The notes beneath the pieces are model-generated. The model ran no database searches. It saw only the letters and a program-made list of their open reading frames with translations, and was not told where the DNA came from. Below are positions 33,406-45,125 of a stretch of DNA of 64,000 nt, piece after piece (the first letter of the stretch is position 1; each line of letters opens with the position of its first letter). Made by a program: the position numbers and the translations under genes. Location of the stretch: positions 1-64,000 of the forward strand of contig CAVTCR010000071.1 in the NCBI GenBank assembly GCA_963733195.1. The letters run 5' to 3'. Source of the DNA: an uncultured delta proteobacterium. GTDB taxonomy: Bacteria > Desulfobacterota > Binatia > Bin18.

Positions 33406-36400
33406 TTATGTCGCTTCCTGTCCTATGGTCTCCAATGCTTGTTGAAACCCGTCCACCTCACGTTCCAATCGATTCAGAGCCGCTTCTCCCTCAACCAGGA
33501 TTGCCTCACGGCTCAGATGTTCGAGATGTAAGGCTGCCGCATAGGCTCCTTGTGCCGCCATGTTGCCGACTACTCCCTTAAGTGCATGTGCCGCCCGCCG
33601 AAAATCGTCGATGTCTTGCCGTGATATTGCATCCCGCACCGCTGTGACCATCTTAGGATATTCCGCCCCAAACATTTGGGAGACCTGCGTCAATAATCTG
33701 CGATCTCCACCGACTTTGCGGAGGAGTTCCTTGACTTGTCGGAAATGTTCTTCGATAGAAGCGGTATTTAGTGGAGAGGGAATGTCGAACCCTTCACCTC
33801 CTGTGTCTTCTGTCTCAACGACCCACCGCTCTAAGACCGCAGTTAGCCCTTCGGGTGTGATCGGTTTGGGAAGATAATCATCCATGCCGGCAGCCAGACA
33901 TCGTTCCCGGTCACCTTGCATCGCATTCGCCGTCATAGCGATGATCGGTACCATACGCGTAGGGATTCCTGCCCTATCATTCTCATATTTTTGCTTGCGG
34001 ATGATCCGGGTCGCCTCGAATCCATCCATTTCAGGCATCTGACAATCCATAAACACGACGGCATAGTGCCTGCGTTGAACGGCGTCGACGGCGTCTCGCC
34101 CGTTGGCAACCACCTCCACTCGATAGCCCAGTCTTTCGAGCAACAAGGCCGCAAGTTTCTGGTTGATCGGGTTATCTTCAGCCACCAACACCAAGGGGCG
34201 CTGCAACATTTTTGGCTTCGCCGGGGAAATAATACTCACAGGAAGTGATTGGTATTTCTCCGCAGCTACTCCCCTTCCTGTTGTCACGAAGGGTGAGACA
34301 TTCACTCAGTCGTGTCGGGCGAATCGGTTTGGCGAGATAGGCATCAATCCCAACATGGCGTGCATTCTCTAATGCTCCACGCTGGACGATGGATGTCAGC
34401 ATCACTAATTTGAGACCGGCTAACTGCGGATCGGCTTTGATGCGTTGCGCCAGCTCAAGTCCATCCATACCTGGCATTTGGTAGTCAAGAATAGCGATAT
34501 CATACGGTTGCCCCTGAGCACGGGCAACCTGCAGGTACTCTAGCCCTTGGTGGCCATTTGCCGCACTCTCGTCGACGATTCCCCAGTTCGTCAGGTAATG
34601 GTGGAGGACCGTACGGTTGGTCTCGTTATCGTCCACGACCAGAACCCGAAGACCGTGCAAGTCTGTACGCGGTTGTAATACCGGGTTCTGCATGTGAACT
34701 GTTTGTTTCTCAAACTGGATGGTAAACCAAAAGGTTGACCCCTGCCCTGGAGTACTCTCGACACCGATCTCCCCGCCCATCAATTCGACGAGCTGTTTGC
34801 AGATCGCGAGCCCTAACCCTGTTCCGCCATATTTACGTGTCGTTGAAGCATCAACCTGAGAAAACGATTGAAAGAGACGGTCAAGGCGGTCTGGCGAAAT
34901 GCCGATGCCAGTGTCACTTACAGCAAAGCGAACCAGGGTAAGGGTAGACACGTCATACTCACGCGTCACACGTACAGTGACTTCGCCGTGTTCAGTAAAT
35001 TTGAGTGCGTTACTCACCAAATTCAGGAGAACCTGACGCAGGCGGCCAGGATCTCCTCTGACCGCAGTCGGAACGTCCGCGGGCAAGAGATGCACGAGTT
35101 CCAGGCCTTTCTCTTGCGCCTTGGTCGCAAGTAATTCCAGCGTTTCTTCAACCGCCAACCGCAGATCGAAGTCCATGACCTCAATCTCCATCTTCCCAGC
35201 TTCGATCTTCGAGAAATCAAGAATGTTGTTGATGATCGAGAGGAGTGCCTCGCCGGAGCCTTTGATGATTTCAGCAAACTCACGTTGCTGAGGGGTCAGC
35301 TCAGTATCCAATAACAGGCCCGTCATACCGATTACACCATTCATCGGTGTACGGATCTCATGGCTCATGGTTGCTAAGAACTCAGACTTGGTCTGACTCG
35401 CTTGCTCTGCACGCTGCATGGCTTCGCTGAGTTCTTCGGCTTGTACTTGTAAGAAGACGGTCTGTTCTTCAATCCGGGTCCGCGCCTCCTCCATGTCCTG
35501 GAGATAGCGCTGCTGGACAGCTTCAGCCTGCTTTCTATCGGTAATATCTTCGACTGTGCCCACATAACTGCGCAGGCGACCGTCTTCGCCATACACTGCC
35601 ACGGCCCGCCGATGAACCCAGCGGGTCTCGCCACTAGCATGCTGGTAACGGTACTCACGGGAAAAATTCCGCCCGTCCCGGACGCAGACCTGCCAATCTT
35701 CCAGAACTGCGGCTTTGTCTTCCTCCACGATTGCATTCGTCAACGTGTCGTCCTTTGCCTGTCCACTCGTTAAACCGGCGATCTCACACAGCTGCGGGTT
35801 GATATAGGTGCACACCCCACGGGTATCGGTCTCGAAGATACCGACAGGAGAGGCAGCACAGAGGAGACGGAAACGCTCTTCACTTTTGAGTAACGTCTCT
35901 CCGCTCTGCTTCTGTTCAGAATTATCAACGAAGAGTCCATCCCACAAAATATCACTATTGGTTTGTCGATGCGGAGTTGCGGTTCCTTGTACCCATCTAA
36001 TGGTCCCATCCCGAGTCACCATACGACCTTCCCATCGCCACGGTAACAACAAGCGTGCAGACTCACTGATGGAATGAGCAAATGCCGTACGGTCGTCCGT
36101 ATGAATCAGATCGGCGAGGCTCGCCGGATTATTGAACGTAACGCTCGCATCAACCCCGAAGACGATGGACGACCGCGGGCTGACATAGGAGAATGCGGCA
36201 GAACCGTCCGGAGTCTGACGATACTGGAACATCACGTTATTCGGAAAGCTACTGACGATGTGTTGCAAGCGGGCTTCGCTTCGTTCGAGTGCAGTCAGTC
36301 GGTGTGCTTTTTCTTGTTCGGCAGCAGTTTCCTGTTTGGCCAGCCGGTACCCATAGAGAGTGGCCATCATCACGAGAAGGGTGAGCGTTCCAATCACTAC

Positions 36401-36970
36401 GGCGTGCTGCTGCCTGAATGTTGTCGTCTGGCCTCCGGGCTGGGTAAAATGATCCCGCTGGATGACATGGGCATCACTCTGTAGGGTGAAGAGCCTGGCA
36501 GTGATCTCTCCGTATACACGGTCCAAACGGATCACACTTTCACGTGCATTATCAAACTGCTTTACCGCAAAATGGCCAAACACCTGATCAGCTTCTGCCA
36601 TCATTGTGATGGCTGTGGATTGCAGCTCGTCGAATTGGCGGCGCAAAAGGAGTTGGGCGAGTGCGGAGTCATTTTTGAGTTTGTTGGCGTGCCTGACCAA
36701 GTTCCTGAATGAAGGCATCGAACGCGTGTTTCGTGCACGTGCAGCTTCTTTCTCGGGATCTTGGGAAGTAAGCACCGCATGCCCTGGCGCATTGAGATCC
36801 TTCGCCAACTGCCCAAGGCGTGCATATTGATCGCTCCGCTGTTCCCACTGTTGGCCCACCGCTACCGTGTCGCTATACACACGGGAATCCCGCTGGATGT
36901 AGAGACTCGCAGTAAGGGTGAGCAGGTTCAAACCCACCAGGAGGAAATACATGTAGCGCCAGGGGGGCAA
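33406..36970 (-). CDS. Membrane hybrid histidine kinase (2 TM-PAS-PAS-HisKA-HATPase-REC-REC-HPt), frameshift near 34290
   Basis: [22 protein letters not shown], two REC domains and HPt AAHALKG. Confidence 0.92.
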
Positions 36971-37189
36971 TTGGCCTCACGACATGAGCTGGTGCGGGCG
37001 CGGCCGGGCGCGGGTCAGACCCGGGGACTTCCATCAGACTACTCCTTCGTCAAAGCATACGTCGGGTGGCAATCAAAGTATAGCGACCCGACGTCGTCCC
37101 CACGCAAACAACACTCGGCTGAGGCTATGAGGAAGCGGATGTCGATGTGGTGGGGGCATCACCGCAGTGGTACCCCTACTTCGAGAGAT

Positions 37190-37216
37190 TTTTCGGCTGT
37201 TTGTGTTCGTCCTTAA
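37190..37216 (-). promoter_or_regulatory. Sigma28-like promoter motif
   Basis: TTAAG-N14-GCCGAAAA upstream of the hybrid kinase. Confidence 0.6.
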
Positions 37217-37325
37217 ATTGTTCTCTGAGGGTACAAACGCCTTACTCATAGTCTATGGCAGGCTCACACATTGATCTCTCTACCGAGAACAGGGCTGGAA
37301 GTTCGAGAAAATATGGATAGCTAGC

Positions 37326-37352
37326 TGTAGTGGCATCATTCTTCGCCGAAGA
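37326..37352 (+). promoter_or_regulatory. Sigma28-like promoter motif with no downstream CDS
   Basis: TGTAG-N14-GCCGAAGA(GAGAG); same 13-mer as at 43754. Confidence 0.45.
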
Positions 37353-37865
37353 GAGAGTTGTCAGCACGAAATAGAAACCGAATTAGTTGGGGCAATGAGT
37401 TTGATTCGAATCTGAAGTGAAGATGCGAGTAAGAAGAAACAAGCAGAATGCGTACAGATTTCTAAGACCTTATATGAGTACGTTATTGCAGGGCCCCCAT
37501 AACACGGAGCGCTAAGCGTAGAGGCAGAAACAGGGGGCTCCTGGATTTGCTAAGTACGCAGAAATCGAGCAAGAAGTGCGATAATCTATCTAAATCAGAC
37601 GGCGTAAGAACAGCTCACCGGATGTGTCATTCTGAATCCAAGGCTAGGAAGGACAGCAGCTGGCAAAGGAGTTGATCAGGCAGAAGAACGTTAAAGCGGT
37701 CTCTAGCGTGAAAAGAACACGAACAACGACTCGCAAAGCCTATTCTGAATCTCCTTGTTCGTCTCGACGTTTTCCGCCATCGAGCACAGTCGAAGGGCGG
37801 AGATAATGGGATTTGTTTCTGCTGACGTGCTGAGTGCACAGCGCCAACTGCACGTACCCCTATGC

Positions 37866-39821
37866 TCATGCTGCGTTCTTGATCTCGGATTTCACCGGAG
37901 GTTGGCATAGCGGCAGGATAAAGCTAATGCGAGCACCTCCAGTTGGATTATTCTCTGCCCAGATGCGGCCATGATGGGCATGGAGGATCTCCCGACAGAT
38001 GGCCAGCCCTAGCCCCGTGCCTCCAGCTCCAGTTTTGGTCTTGCTGCTTTGCACAAACTTATCAAACACTGCCTCCAGCTCACCCTCTGGAATCCCCACG
38101 CCTTGGTCGCTTACCCGCACCTGCACATAACCAGTGGGCTCGGCAAGGGAAGGACTCACTAGCTTCGGCCTTTCCTTGAAGTTGTCTGTCTGCGCATCGT
38201 CAGTAAGGGTGGCACACTCGACCATGATCGTACGATGCTCACCGGTAAACTTGATAGCGTTAGCAAGGACGTTACGCACGACCTGCCTCATTTGCTCCTC
38301 ATCACATTCGATATCGGGCAGGAGTGCACTGTCGTAAATCCGCAGCGTTATCAGTTTCTGGGCGAGTAACGGCTGCAATTCCTTTGCGACGGCCTGAATC
38401 AGCACTGCGAGGGAACATGGGTTCATGTCGTACTCTATGTGTCCCGCTTCCAGTTTGGAGAGGTCAAGTAAATTATTGATGAGCTTGAGGAGACGCTCAG
38501 CGCTGTCGTGAATCTCGAGTAGATTTTCGCTCTGCGCCTCAGCACTGAGGTGAGGGATTCTCTTGAGACCGAATTTGGCGAACCCCAGGATGGCATGCAT
38601 CGGCGTACGCAACTCGTGCGACATGTTCGCCAAGAATTGGGATTTGGCTTGGTTGGCGGCTTCGGCTATTTCTTTGGCCTGTGCGAGTTCACGCGTGCGT
38701 TCTTGGACCCGTTGTTCGAGTTCGCCATAGGCACGGTGTAGCACCTCTTCGATCTGCTTCTGTTCGGTAATGCCCTCTACGGTCCCGACATGACCGATCA
38801 CCCGGCCATCTTCGGCGACCATCGGCTTTGTGCGCACACGGACCCACCGCAAGCTCCCTTGTGGCGTAAAGATACGGTATTCCTCGGTATATTCCTGTCC
38901 GTCCTGAGCTTGTTCTTGCCATTGCGCAATGACCATCTGCCGATCGTCAGGATGCACCGTTTGGCTCCAGCCCTCTCCCAAGCTTTCCGCCAAAGTCATT
39001 CCAAAGATCTCTTGCCAACGCGTATTCGTGTAGACACAGTTCCCCAATGAATCACTGAGAAAGATGCCCACTGGTGAGGCTTCACACAAAGAGCGAAACC
39101 GTGCTTCGCTTTGCCGCAGCTGTTCTTCTATGCGTTTACGTTGACTGATGTCGCGGGAGACAACGAGTACCCCAAGTGCTTCACCTTTTGCATTCCGCAC
39201 CAGGCGGGAGCGGGATTCGTTGAGGACGATACTCCCATCGGGTCGCAGGACTTCCTGCTCATATATCGACGACACTTTCTCGCCTGCTCGCAAGCGGCGG
39301 GCGCGGTCTTCCACATGGGCAACTGTGGCAGACGTGACAAACTCGCTATAGTGGTGCCCGAGAACCTGATCTCGCGACCAGCCGGTCAAGACTTCCTGTC
39401 CGTGGTTGATGTCGAAAATGATGCCATCTGTAGTGAGGCAAACCATTCCATCGTAGGCATTATCAAACAAACTATGATAACGGTCTTCACTTGCTCGTAG
39501 CGTCTCCATTTGCTGCCGGAGTGCTATCATCTCCGTGCGAAGTGTAGCAATCTCGGTGGACAATTCAGCATTGTAGCGCCCGAGACGACCGTTCCATATG
39601 CCGAAGTATCCGGCGAGGCCACCCAGCAGAAGGACAGCGCCGGCAATGACCCACAGCAAGGAATGCGCAGCCATATGGAAAAGACTAACGGGGAGCACAG
39701 GGAGCCCGCGCACAACGAAGTCCACCCCCAGGGCCGCACACAGGGCGGCTCCCTCGAAGAGGGCTCCGTACAGCAGGAATTTACCTACGCCGGTCTGCTG
39801 CCCTCCCGCTTTGTGCTTCAT
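37866..39821 (-). CDS. Membrane PAS-PAS histidine kinase
   Basis: Two TM segments, two PAS domains, [24 protein letters not shown]. Confidence 0.93.
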   Translation of the reverse strand: MKHKAGGQQTGVGKFLLYGALFEGAALCAALGVDFVVRGLPVLPVSLFHMAAHSLLWVIAGAVLLLGGLAGYFGIWNGRLGRYNAELSTEIATLRTEMIALRQQMETLRASEDRYHSLFDNAYDGMVCLTTDGIIFDINHGQEVLTGWSRDQVLGHHYSEFVTSATVAHVEDRARRLRAGEKVSSIYEQEVLRPDGSIVLNESRSRLVRNAKGEALGVLVVSRDISQRKRIEEQLRQSEARFRSLCEASPVGIFLSDSLGNCVYTNTRWQEIFGMTLAESLGEGWSQTVHPDDRQMVIAQWQEQAQDGQEYTEEYRIFTPQGSLRWVRVRTKPMVAEDGRVIGHVGTVEGITEQKQIEEVLHRAYGELEQRVQERTRELAQAKEIAEAANQAKSQFLANMSHELRTPMHAILGFAKFGLKRIPHLSAEAQSENLLEIHDSAERLLKLINNLLDLSKLEAGHIEYDMNPCSLAVLIQAVAKELQPLLAQKLITLRIYDSALLPDIECDEEQMRQVVRNVLANAIKFTGEHRTIMVECATLTDDAQTDNFKERPKLVSPSLAEPTGYVQVRVSDQGVGIPEGELEAVFDKFVQSSKTKTGAGGTGLGLAICREILHAHHGRIWAENNPTGGARISFILPLCQPPVKSEIKNAA

Positions 39822-40029
39822 TCAGTACCTATCTGTTTCCCATGGGTGCTTGCTGTAGACGTTGGCAATGCGGTAGATACCACAACGCAAATGAAATTTG
39901 CCAGACGAAATCGGTAATCAGAGTCCTTGGTGGGACAGGCCTCTTGCCTGTCCTCATCCACAGAAACAGGCTGGAAGCCTGTTCTACCAGAGCATTGCGA
40001 ACTTGATCGTTAAGACTCATTAGGCTTCG

Positions 40030-40917
40030 TTATCCACAGCGCACAACGCACGTGACCGAGTTTCCCCTCCCCTCGTACCGAACAGTGTCAAAGCTCATTA
40101 AGCGTGACATCGCGATACCGCGGCCATGTGTGTCTGTCGCACGATCGGGATCGATGTCAAGGTACTGCTGCCAATAAAACCCGCTGCCTTCATCACTTAT
40201 AGTGAGCATAATCTCATCTTCGTCTTTTTCATAATGGACGCGAACAAGCTTGTCAGCGTGCTCAGGTAATGCCAGTCGCCGTTGGATCTCCTCTTCCCAG
40301 GTGCCAAGTTTATTCAGTTCGGTCTTTTCCTCGTAGGTAATCCCCAGATTGCCATGCTCAACAGCGTTGATGAGTAACTCCGATACGCCGAGTACCATCC
40401 GTTCGGGCTCGGGAAAGAAGCTAGAAAGGAACACCGTGAGGTCGTGTGCTTCCTCTAACGTACGAAAAACAAAATCGCTCTGTTTGATCAACCCGAGCAT
40501 ACGTCGGTATTTTTTGACCTCTCCGCGCAACGTGTTCTGCGTTGCAGCATCATTGAGTGCCGCCTGAATGATCGCGAGCAGTACGTCTTCATTATACGGT
40601 TTGGTGAGGTAGTAGAAGACTCCGGTGCGTATTCCTTCCGCGACTTGACTCGTCCCGGCCGCGGCAGTCTGCATGATCACCGGCAGGTGCACAAATTCTT
40701 CTTGCTTCCTGAGGTTGACCATGAACTCCATTCCGTCCATCACCGGCATCATACGGTCGAGCAGGATCACATTAATCTGCTCGCGCTCCTGCGTGAGAAT
40801 GTTCCATCCCTCGACACCATTGTCCGCGGTCAGGACTTTGTAGCTCGTATCGGCAAGATACATCTGGATGAGTTTCAAATTCTTCGGTTCATCATCAATG
40901 GCTAGAACTGTGGTCAT
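40030..40917 (-). CDS. Response regulator with RsbW-like (HATPase_c_2) Ser kinase/anti-sigma output
   Basis: REC domain; SELLINAVEHGNL, ISDEGSGF, HGRGIAM. Confidence 0.88.
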   Translation of the reverse strand: MTTVLAIDDEPKNLKLIQMYLADTSYKVLTADNGVEGWNILTQEREQINVILLDRMMPVMDGMEFMVNLRKQEEFVHLPVIMQTAAAGTSQVAEGIRTGVFYYLTKPYNEDVLLAIIQAALNDAATQNTLRGEVKKYRRMLGLIKQSDFVFRTLEEAHDLTVFLSSFFPEPERMVLGVSELLINAVEHGNLGITYEEKTELNKLGTWEEEIQRRLALPEHADKLVRVHYEKDEDEIMLTISDEGSGFYWQQYLDIDPDRATDTHGRGIAMSRLMSFDTVRYEGRGNSVTCVVRCG

Positions 40918-41228
40918 GCTCGCTCCAGTAATACAGATGGCGGTGGGGGCTGCCGTACAGATAAGAGAAAACTAACGCACGCACCGCCAGTGGGCTTATT
41001 TTGCGCCCAAATGTGCTCATGATGAGCGTCGATGATTTCACGACAGATGGCCAATCCTAATCCGGTACCGTTTTCCCCACCGAGCAGCATGGTGGTCGTA
41101 CTTCTCGTCAGTTTCATCGCCAGTTCAAACACTTGTCTCATGACTTGGCTCCTGCCGATAAGTGGACCAGAAGCACCGAGGTTCTCCTCGCTTTCCCCAC
41201 CGAGGAGTTCTGTCACGTGTAGCTCCAT
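40914..41228 (-). pseudogene. Chimeric remnant: sigma54-activator AAA+ N-terminus fused to a histidine-kinase C-terminus
   Basis: LIGRSQVMRQVFELAMKLTRSTTTMLLGGENGTG|LGLAICREIIDAHHEHIWAQNKPTGGACVSF. Confidence 0.75.
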
Positions 41229-41353
41229 GTATGCTTCCCCTTACAAGAATCGGATTACTGCGTAGTTGTTACGATCTGCGCAGACGCACAGTCGTCAAAA
41301 CTTATGCCAAGAAATTTACTGCTGTCTGATTACTTGTGCGCCCCACCTGAGAG

Positions 41354-41380
41354 ACATCGGTGGAGTACACAGCACATTTA
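41354..41380 (-). promoter_or_regulatory. Sigma28-like promoter motif
   Basis: TAAA-N15-ACCGATGT upstream of the 41228-37866 gene run. Confidence 0.55.
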
Positions 41381-41510
41381 AGACATGCCCGAAGATTAAA
41401 ATAAACTACCTAATTTTAGATTCTAATTCTACCGGATTTCTGCTATAGTGAGGTCAGAGTTTCGCGAAAACAAACGAGCATGTAAGAAACGAGAATGCTA
41501 GAGCAGAGAC

Positions 41511-41526
41511 GGGCACGCAATTTGCG
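41511..41526 (+). promoter_or_regulatory. Putative sigma54 -24/-12 promoter
   Basis: gGGCACGCAATTTGCg (GG-N10-GC). Confidence 0.45.
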
Positions 41527-41576
41527 CCCCTTAATAACGAAGAAAAAACCGCAGTACAAGATCATTACTGTTCACC

Positions 41577-41603
41577 GTTAGTAGTTTTTTGGATAGCCGA
41601 AAA
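41577..41603 (+). promoter_or_regulatory. Sigma28-like promoter motif
   Basis: GTTAG-N14-GCCGAAAA upstream of the NarL-type regulator. Confidence 0.5.
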
Positions 41604-41858
41604 GAATCAAGTGTCTTATTGTGAAGTGGAACTTATCATAAGAGTTTGATTCCAATGGTCACGCGACAGCGCGCTGCCATGGGTGGGTCTGGACGGATGA
41701 TGGGCTTAGCTGTGAACAAAAACGACAGCCGATGTTCGTTCCTGATTCTGCGAGGGAATTGTCGGCTGGACAGGGACTCCACGGTCGGGGTCCTGACGTG
41801 AGATGACGATACTAGTTGCGGTTCTCTTTCTCATCGCGCGGCTTCACACGGTACCTCT

Positions 41859-42515
41859 ATGATGCATACAACCATTCTTCTTGTTGATGATCATTCTTTA
41901 ATCCGGCAAGGCTGCCGACGAATTCTCGAACACTATGACGGCGTTGTCATTGTCGGCGAAGCTGAGACTGGGGAAGAGGCCTTAGAAAAAATCGAAGAGT
42001 TAAAGCCGAACCTCGTCTTAATGGACCTCAGTCTTCCAGATGTCAGCGGCATTGAGATCACACGAAAGATCAAGAACCTCTTGCCAAAAATTAAGGTGAT
42101 CATCCTCTCGCTTCACACACACGAGACGTATGTGTATCAGGCGCTCGCCTCCGGTGCTTCAGCGTATGTCGTGAAACAGGGCGGAGCGCGAGAGTTGGAA
42201 GGAGCGCTCGATGCCGTCATCGCAGGAAACGTATATCTCAGTCCGTTAGTATCGCAAAGAATTGTGGACGTCTATCTCAAATATGCTCCCCGAGAGATGG
42301 GGCTCGAGGGTTCGCCACTCACCAATAAGGAACGAGAAGTCTTGGTTTTGTTAACGCAAGGATTAAGCAGTAAAGAAGCAGCCCAGCGGTTACAGTTAAG
42401 CCCGCAGACTATTGATGTTCACCGGAAAAACATCATGAAGAAACTAGACATTCATAATGTCCCAGGGCTAGTGAGATGGGCGCTGCGCACCGGAATGATA
42501 TCGGTGGAAGCATAG
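41859..42515 (+). CDS. NarL/LuxR family response regulator
   Basis: ILLVDDH, LMDLSLP, LTNKEREVL, TIDVHRKNIMKKL. Confidence 0.95.
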   Translation: MMHTTILLVDDHSLIRQGCRRILEHYDGVVIVGEAETGEEALEKIEELKPNLVLMDLSLPDVSGIEITRKIKNLLPKIKVIILSLHTHETYVYQALASGASAYVVKQGGARELEGALDAVIAGNVYLSPLVSQRIVDVYLKYAPREMGLEGSPLTNKEREVLVLLTQGLSSKEAAQRLQLSPQTIDVHRKNIMKKLDIHNVPGLVRWALRTGMISVEA

Positions 42516-43003
42516 TAGTTCAGTATTCTGGGATTTAGTATCGTCATGTCCGCCCTTCGATTAGACTCAGCCTAAATCATACCACACAACATTCGTACAC
42601 TTCAGCACTCGATGTGAGACTTCAAGGAGACTTCTCTCAATACGCATAGCAGCGCATCCGAGAGCAATATCGACTACTCAGGGACTGAAAAGCGCCAGGA
42701 GGTCGCGCAGGCGGATAAAGACGTCAAGAGTCTGGAACAGCTCCGCATGCGCCTATGGGAACGATCCCGCCATCAGGAAAGTAGCGAAGAACAAAAGAGC
42801 ATCGACGAGATCGGGCAGCGGGCATATTACGATAAAAAGCAAACGCACAACTGAGGATCATACAACACAGCCTCAGCGGAGGAGATAAAGTGCTCTGACT
42901 ACGAATCATTTACGAAGTCCGATTGTAACGAGAAAGAATCTTTATCTAAGAGATGTCTTCGTTCATTGAAACCCAGCCGCGATCCGGATCCAGGAGCAAA
43001 ACA

Positions 43004-43032
43004 CTGGATTCCGGCTTTCGCCGGAATGACGG
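43004..43032. repeat. REP-like palindromic element (GTCATTCC family)
   Basis: ctggattccggctttcgccggaatgacgg; related copy at ~59525-59552. Confidence 0.65.
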
Positions 43033-43286
43033 ACAAGGATGCGCCCTCTGTTTCTACCTAATGCTGAGCGCCACGCACTCTGGGCGTCTCGCAATGACAG
43101 AATTTGCCGGTTTGCGGACATGCTCCAAAAAGCGTCACTACAGTTCACTGCGTAAATGGCGATGTGAAGTCATAAGGAACTTGTAAAGAAAACTGAAGGC
43201 AGCTCATGGCTTTGTTGCCGCGAAGGACCACCAAACCGAACATTCTCCGCACCCACAGGTTAGACCGGAGAAAGGAGATCATAAAC

Positions 43287-43643
43287 ATGCAGTTTGTCGT
43301 TGATCAGTGCGACGATTTCACCATCGTGACAATTCCAGGCGACGTACTTGATGCACAGAACACAAAGCAATTTAAGAATGACATAAAGCCTTTCCTTCAC
43401 GCCGGCTGCAAGGTTGTTCTCGATATGGGATTGCTCAGATTCGTCGATAGTTCCGGAATCGGAGCAATGATTTCGTGCCTACGGCAAACGCAGGCGGTCG
43501 GGGGTGACCTGAAACTCTGCGCGTTGACGAAACCCGTACGCGCCGTATTTGAACTAGTCCGAATGCATCGACTGTTTGAGATATTCTCGACAAGAGAAGA
43601 CGCTATTCGCGCACTGGGACACAAACAAGCCTCTGCCGCCTGA
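43287..43643 (+). CDS. STAS-domain anti-sigma-factor antagonist
   Basis: VVLDMGLLRFVDSSGIGAM (phosphorylatable Ser), GGDLKLC, VFELVRM; AGGAG RBS. Confidence 0.93.
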   Translation: MQFVVDQCDDFTIVTIPGDVLDAQNTKQFKNDIKPFLHAGCKVVLDMGLLRFVDSSGIGAMISCLRQTQAVGGDLKLCALTKPVRAVFELVRMHRLFEIFSTREDAIRALGHKQASAA

Positions 43644-43734
43644 TGCGTGTTGCACGGGAGGTTTTCTCAATGCCGGTGGGTTTTCATTTACTATCCTCAA
43701 TACGGTAGAGATCCAATAAAATAGGGGTGGCAGG

Positions 43735-43761
43735 TTCAGCAACAACACTCTTTGCCGAAGA
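43735..43761 (+). promoter_or_regulatory. Sigma28-like promoter motif
   Basis: TTCAG-N14-GCCGAAGA upstream of the GT2 gene. Confidence 0.55.
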
Positions 43762-43839
43762 GAGAGCTGAGGGTGTCAGTGATCTCACTACAGCTGCTCA
43801 AAGCTGTGTAAAATTTCAATTATCATAAAAAGTGTTATC

Positions 43840-44877
43840 ATGATAAAAGTTTCTGTCGTGATGCCGGTGTACAACGTCGAGCGCTATATTGAACAGGCAG
43901 TAAAGTCAGTTTTCGCGCAGAGCTTTCATGATTTTGAGCTGTTAATTATTGACGATTGTTCTCCAGATCAGAGTATCGATATTTGTCGCAGCTTTCACGA
44001 TAGTCGAATGCAGATCATAGTGCATCGAGAAAATAGAGGGCTGGCCGGTGCTCGGAATACAGCCATCCGCCATGCAGCGGGCGAGTATCTTGCCTTCTTA
44101 GATTCAGATGATGCCTGGCATCCACACAAGCTCGAACGTCACGTCGCGCATTTGGATCAGAATCCTCAGGTCGGTATTAGCTTTAGCCGATCGCAATTCA
44201 TGACGCCGACTGGAGAACTCACCAAGTACTATCAAATGCCGAAATTGACCGGGATCGATAGCGCGCATTGTTTGTGTCGAAACCCAGTCGGGAACGGATC
44301 AGCTCCGGTCATTCGCCGGGCGGCGCTACAAGCGATTTGCTATCAGGATGGTCGTTATGGGGAGATGGAAAACCGCTATTTCGACGAAGACCTCCGACAG
44401 TCTGAAGACATCGAATGCTGGATTAAAATTCTGTTCTCCTGAGATCTCCGTATGGAGGGCATTCCTGAAGCGCTTACGTATTATCGACTCAACACCGGTG
44501 GTCTTTCGGCGCAGTTACATCGGCAGTTGGCGTCATGGGAGTCCATGTTGGAGAAAACGCGAAAGCGCGCACCAGCGCTCGTTGCCGCCTGGGAGCGCCT
44601 AGCACGTGCCTATCAGTTACGGTACTTAGGTCGCCAAGCAATTCGCCTGAAGGACGGTAAGGCAGCAGTACATTTTGTGAATCAAGCCTTAGCAACCCAC
44701 TGGTCTATTCTTGGCACCGAGCCAGGGCGCACCCTGAGTACGCTCGCTGCAGCCTATTTACTGCGCGTGCTCCCGACCTCGATGTATCACGCAGCTGAAG
44801 CAGCCGCGCACGCTATTATTGGCGGCTTTCAGGGACGCAGTATTACGAATGATGTCGCCCAAACCACTTATCTGTGA
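43840..44877 (+). CDS. Glycosyltransferase family 2 (in-frame TGA at 44440)
   Basis: VSVVMPVYN, IDDCSPD, FLDSDD, SEDIECW; the reading frame continues past the stop. Confidence 0.88.
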
Positions 44878-45125
44878 ACAGATCGGCGTCCTCTGCCCCT
44901 AACAGACAGCTGTTTCTCTACCCTACGGAACTTAAGTTCTGCATCTCCAGACGAAAGTAATGGAATCAAGGCTCATCACTACGGCGATTCCGGACACATC
45001 ATACAGAAAAACCGACCTGGGTTCGGAACATCAGGAGCGACATAGGCAACCACCATTGGAAGTACCCTCCTCATCAGCCAAAAAGGGAATGGCAATATAT
45101 CCCGCAAATCTTTTGCAATGAAGCA

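Noticed and set aside
41704-41736. Eighth sigma28-like site (GCCGATGT at ~41728)
   Set aside because: Good -10 element but no matching -35 element at the 14-nt spacing.
44440-44442. Selenocysteine or readthrough at the in-frame TGA of the GT2 gene
   Set aside because: Not an expected Cys position and no evident SECIS; probably a base-call error or a nonsense mutation.
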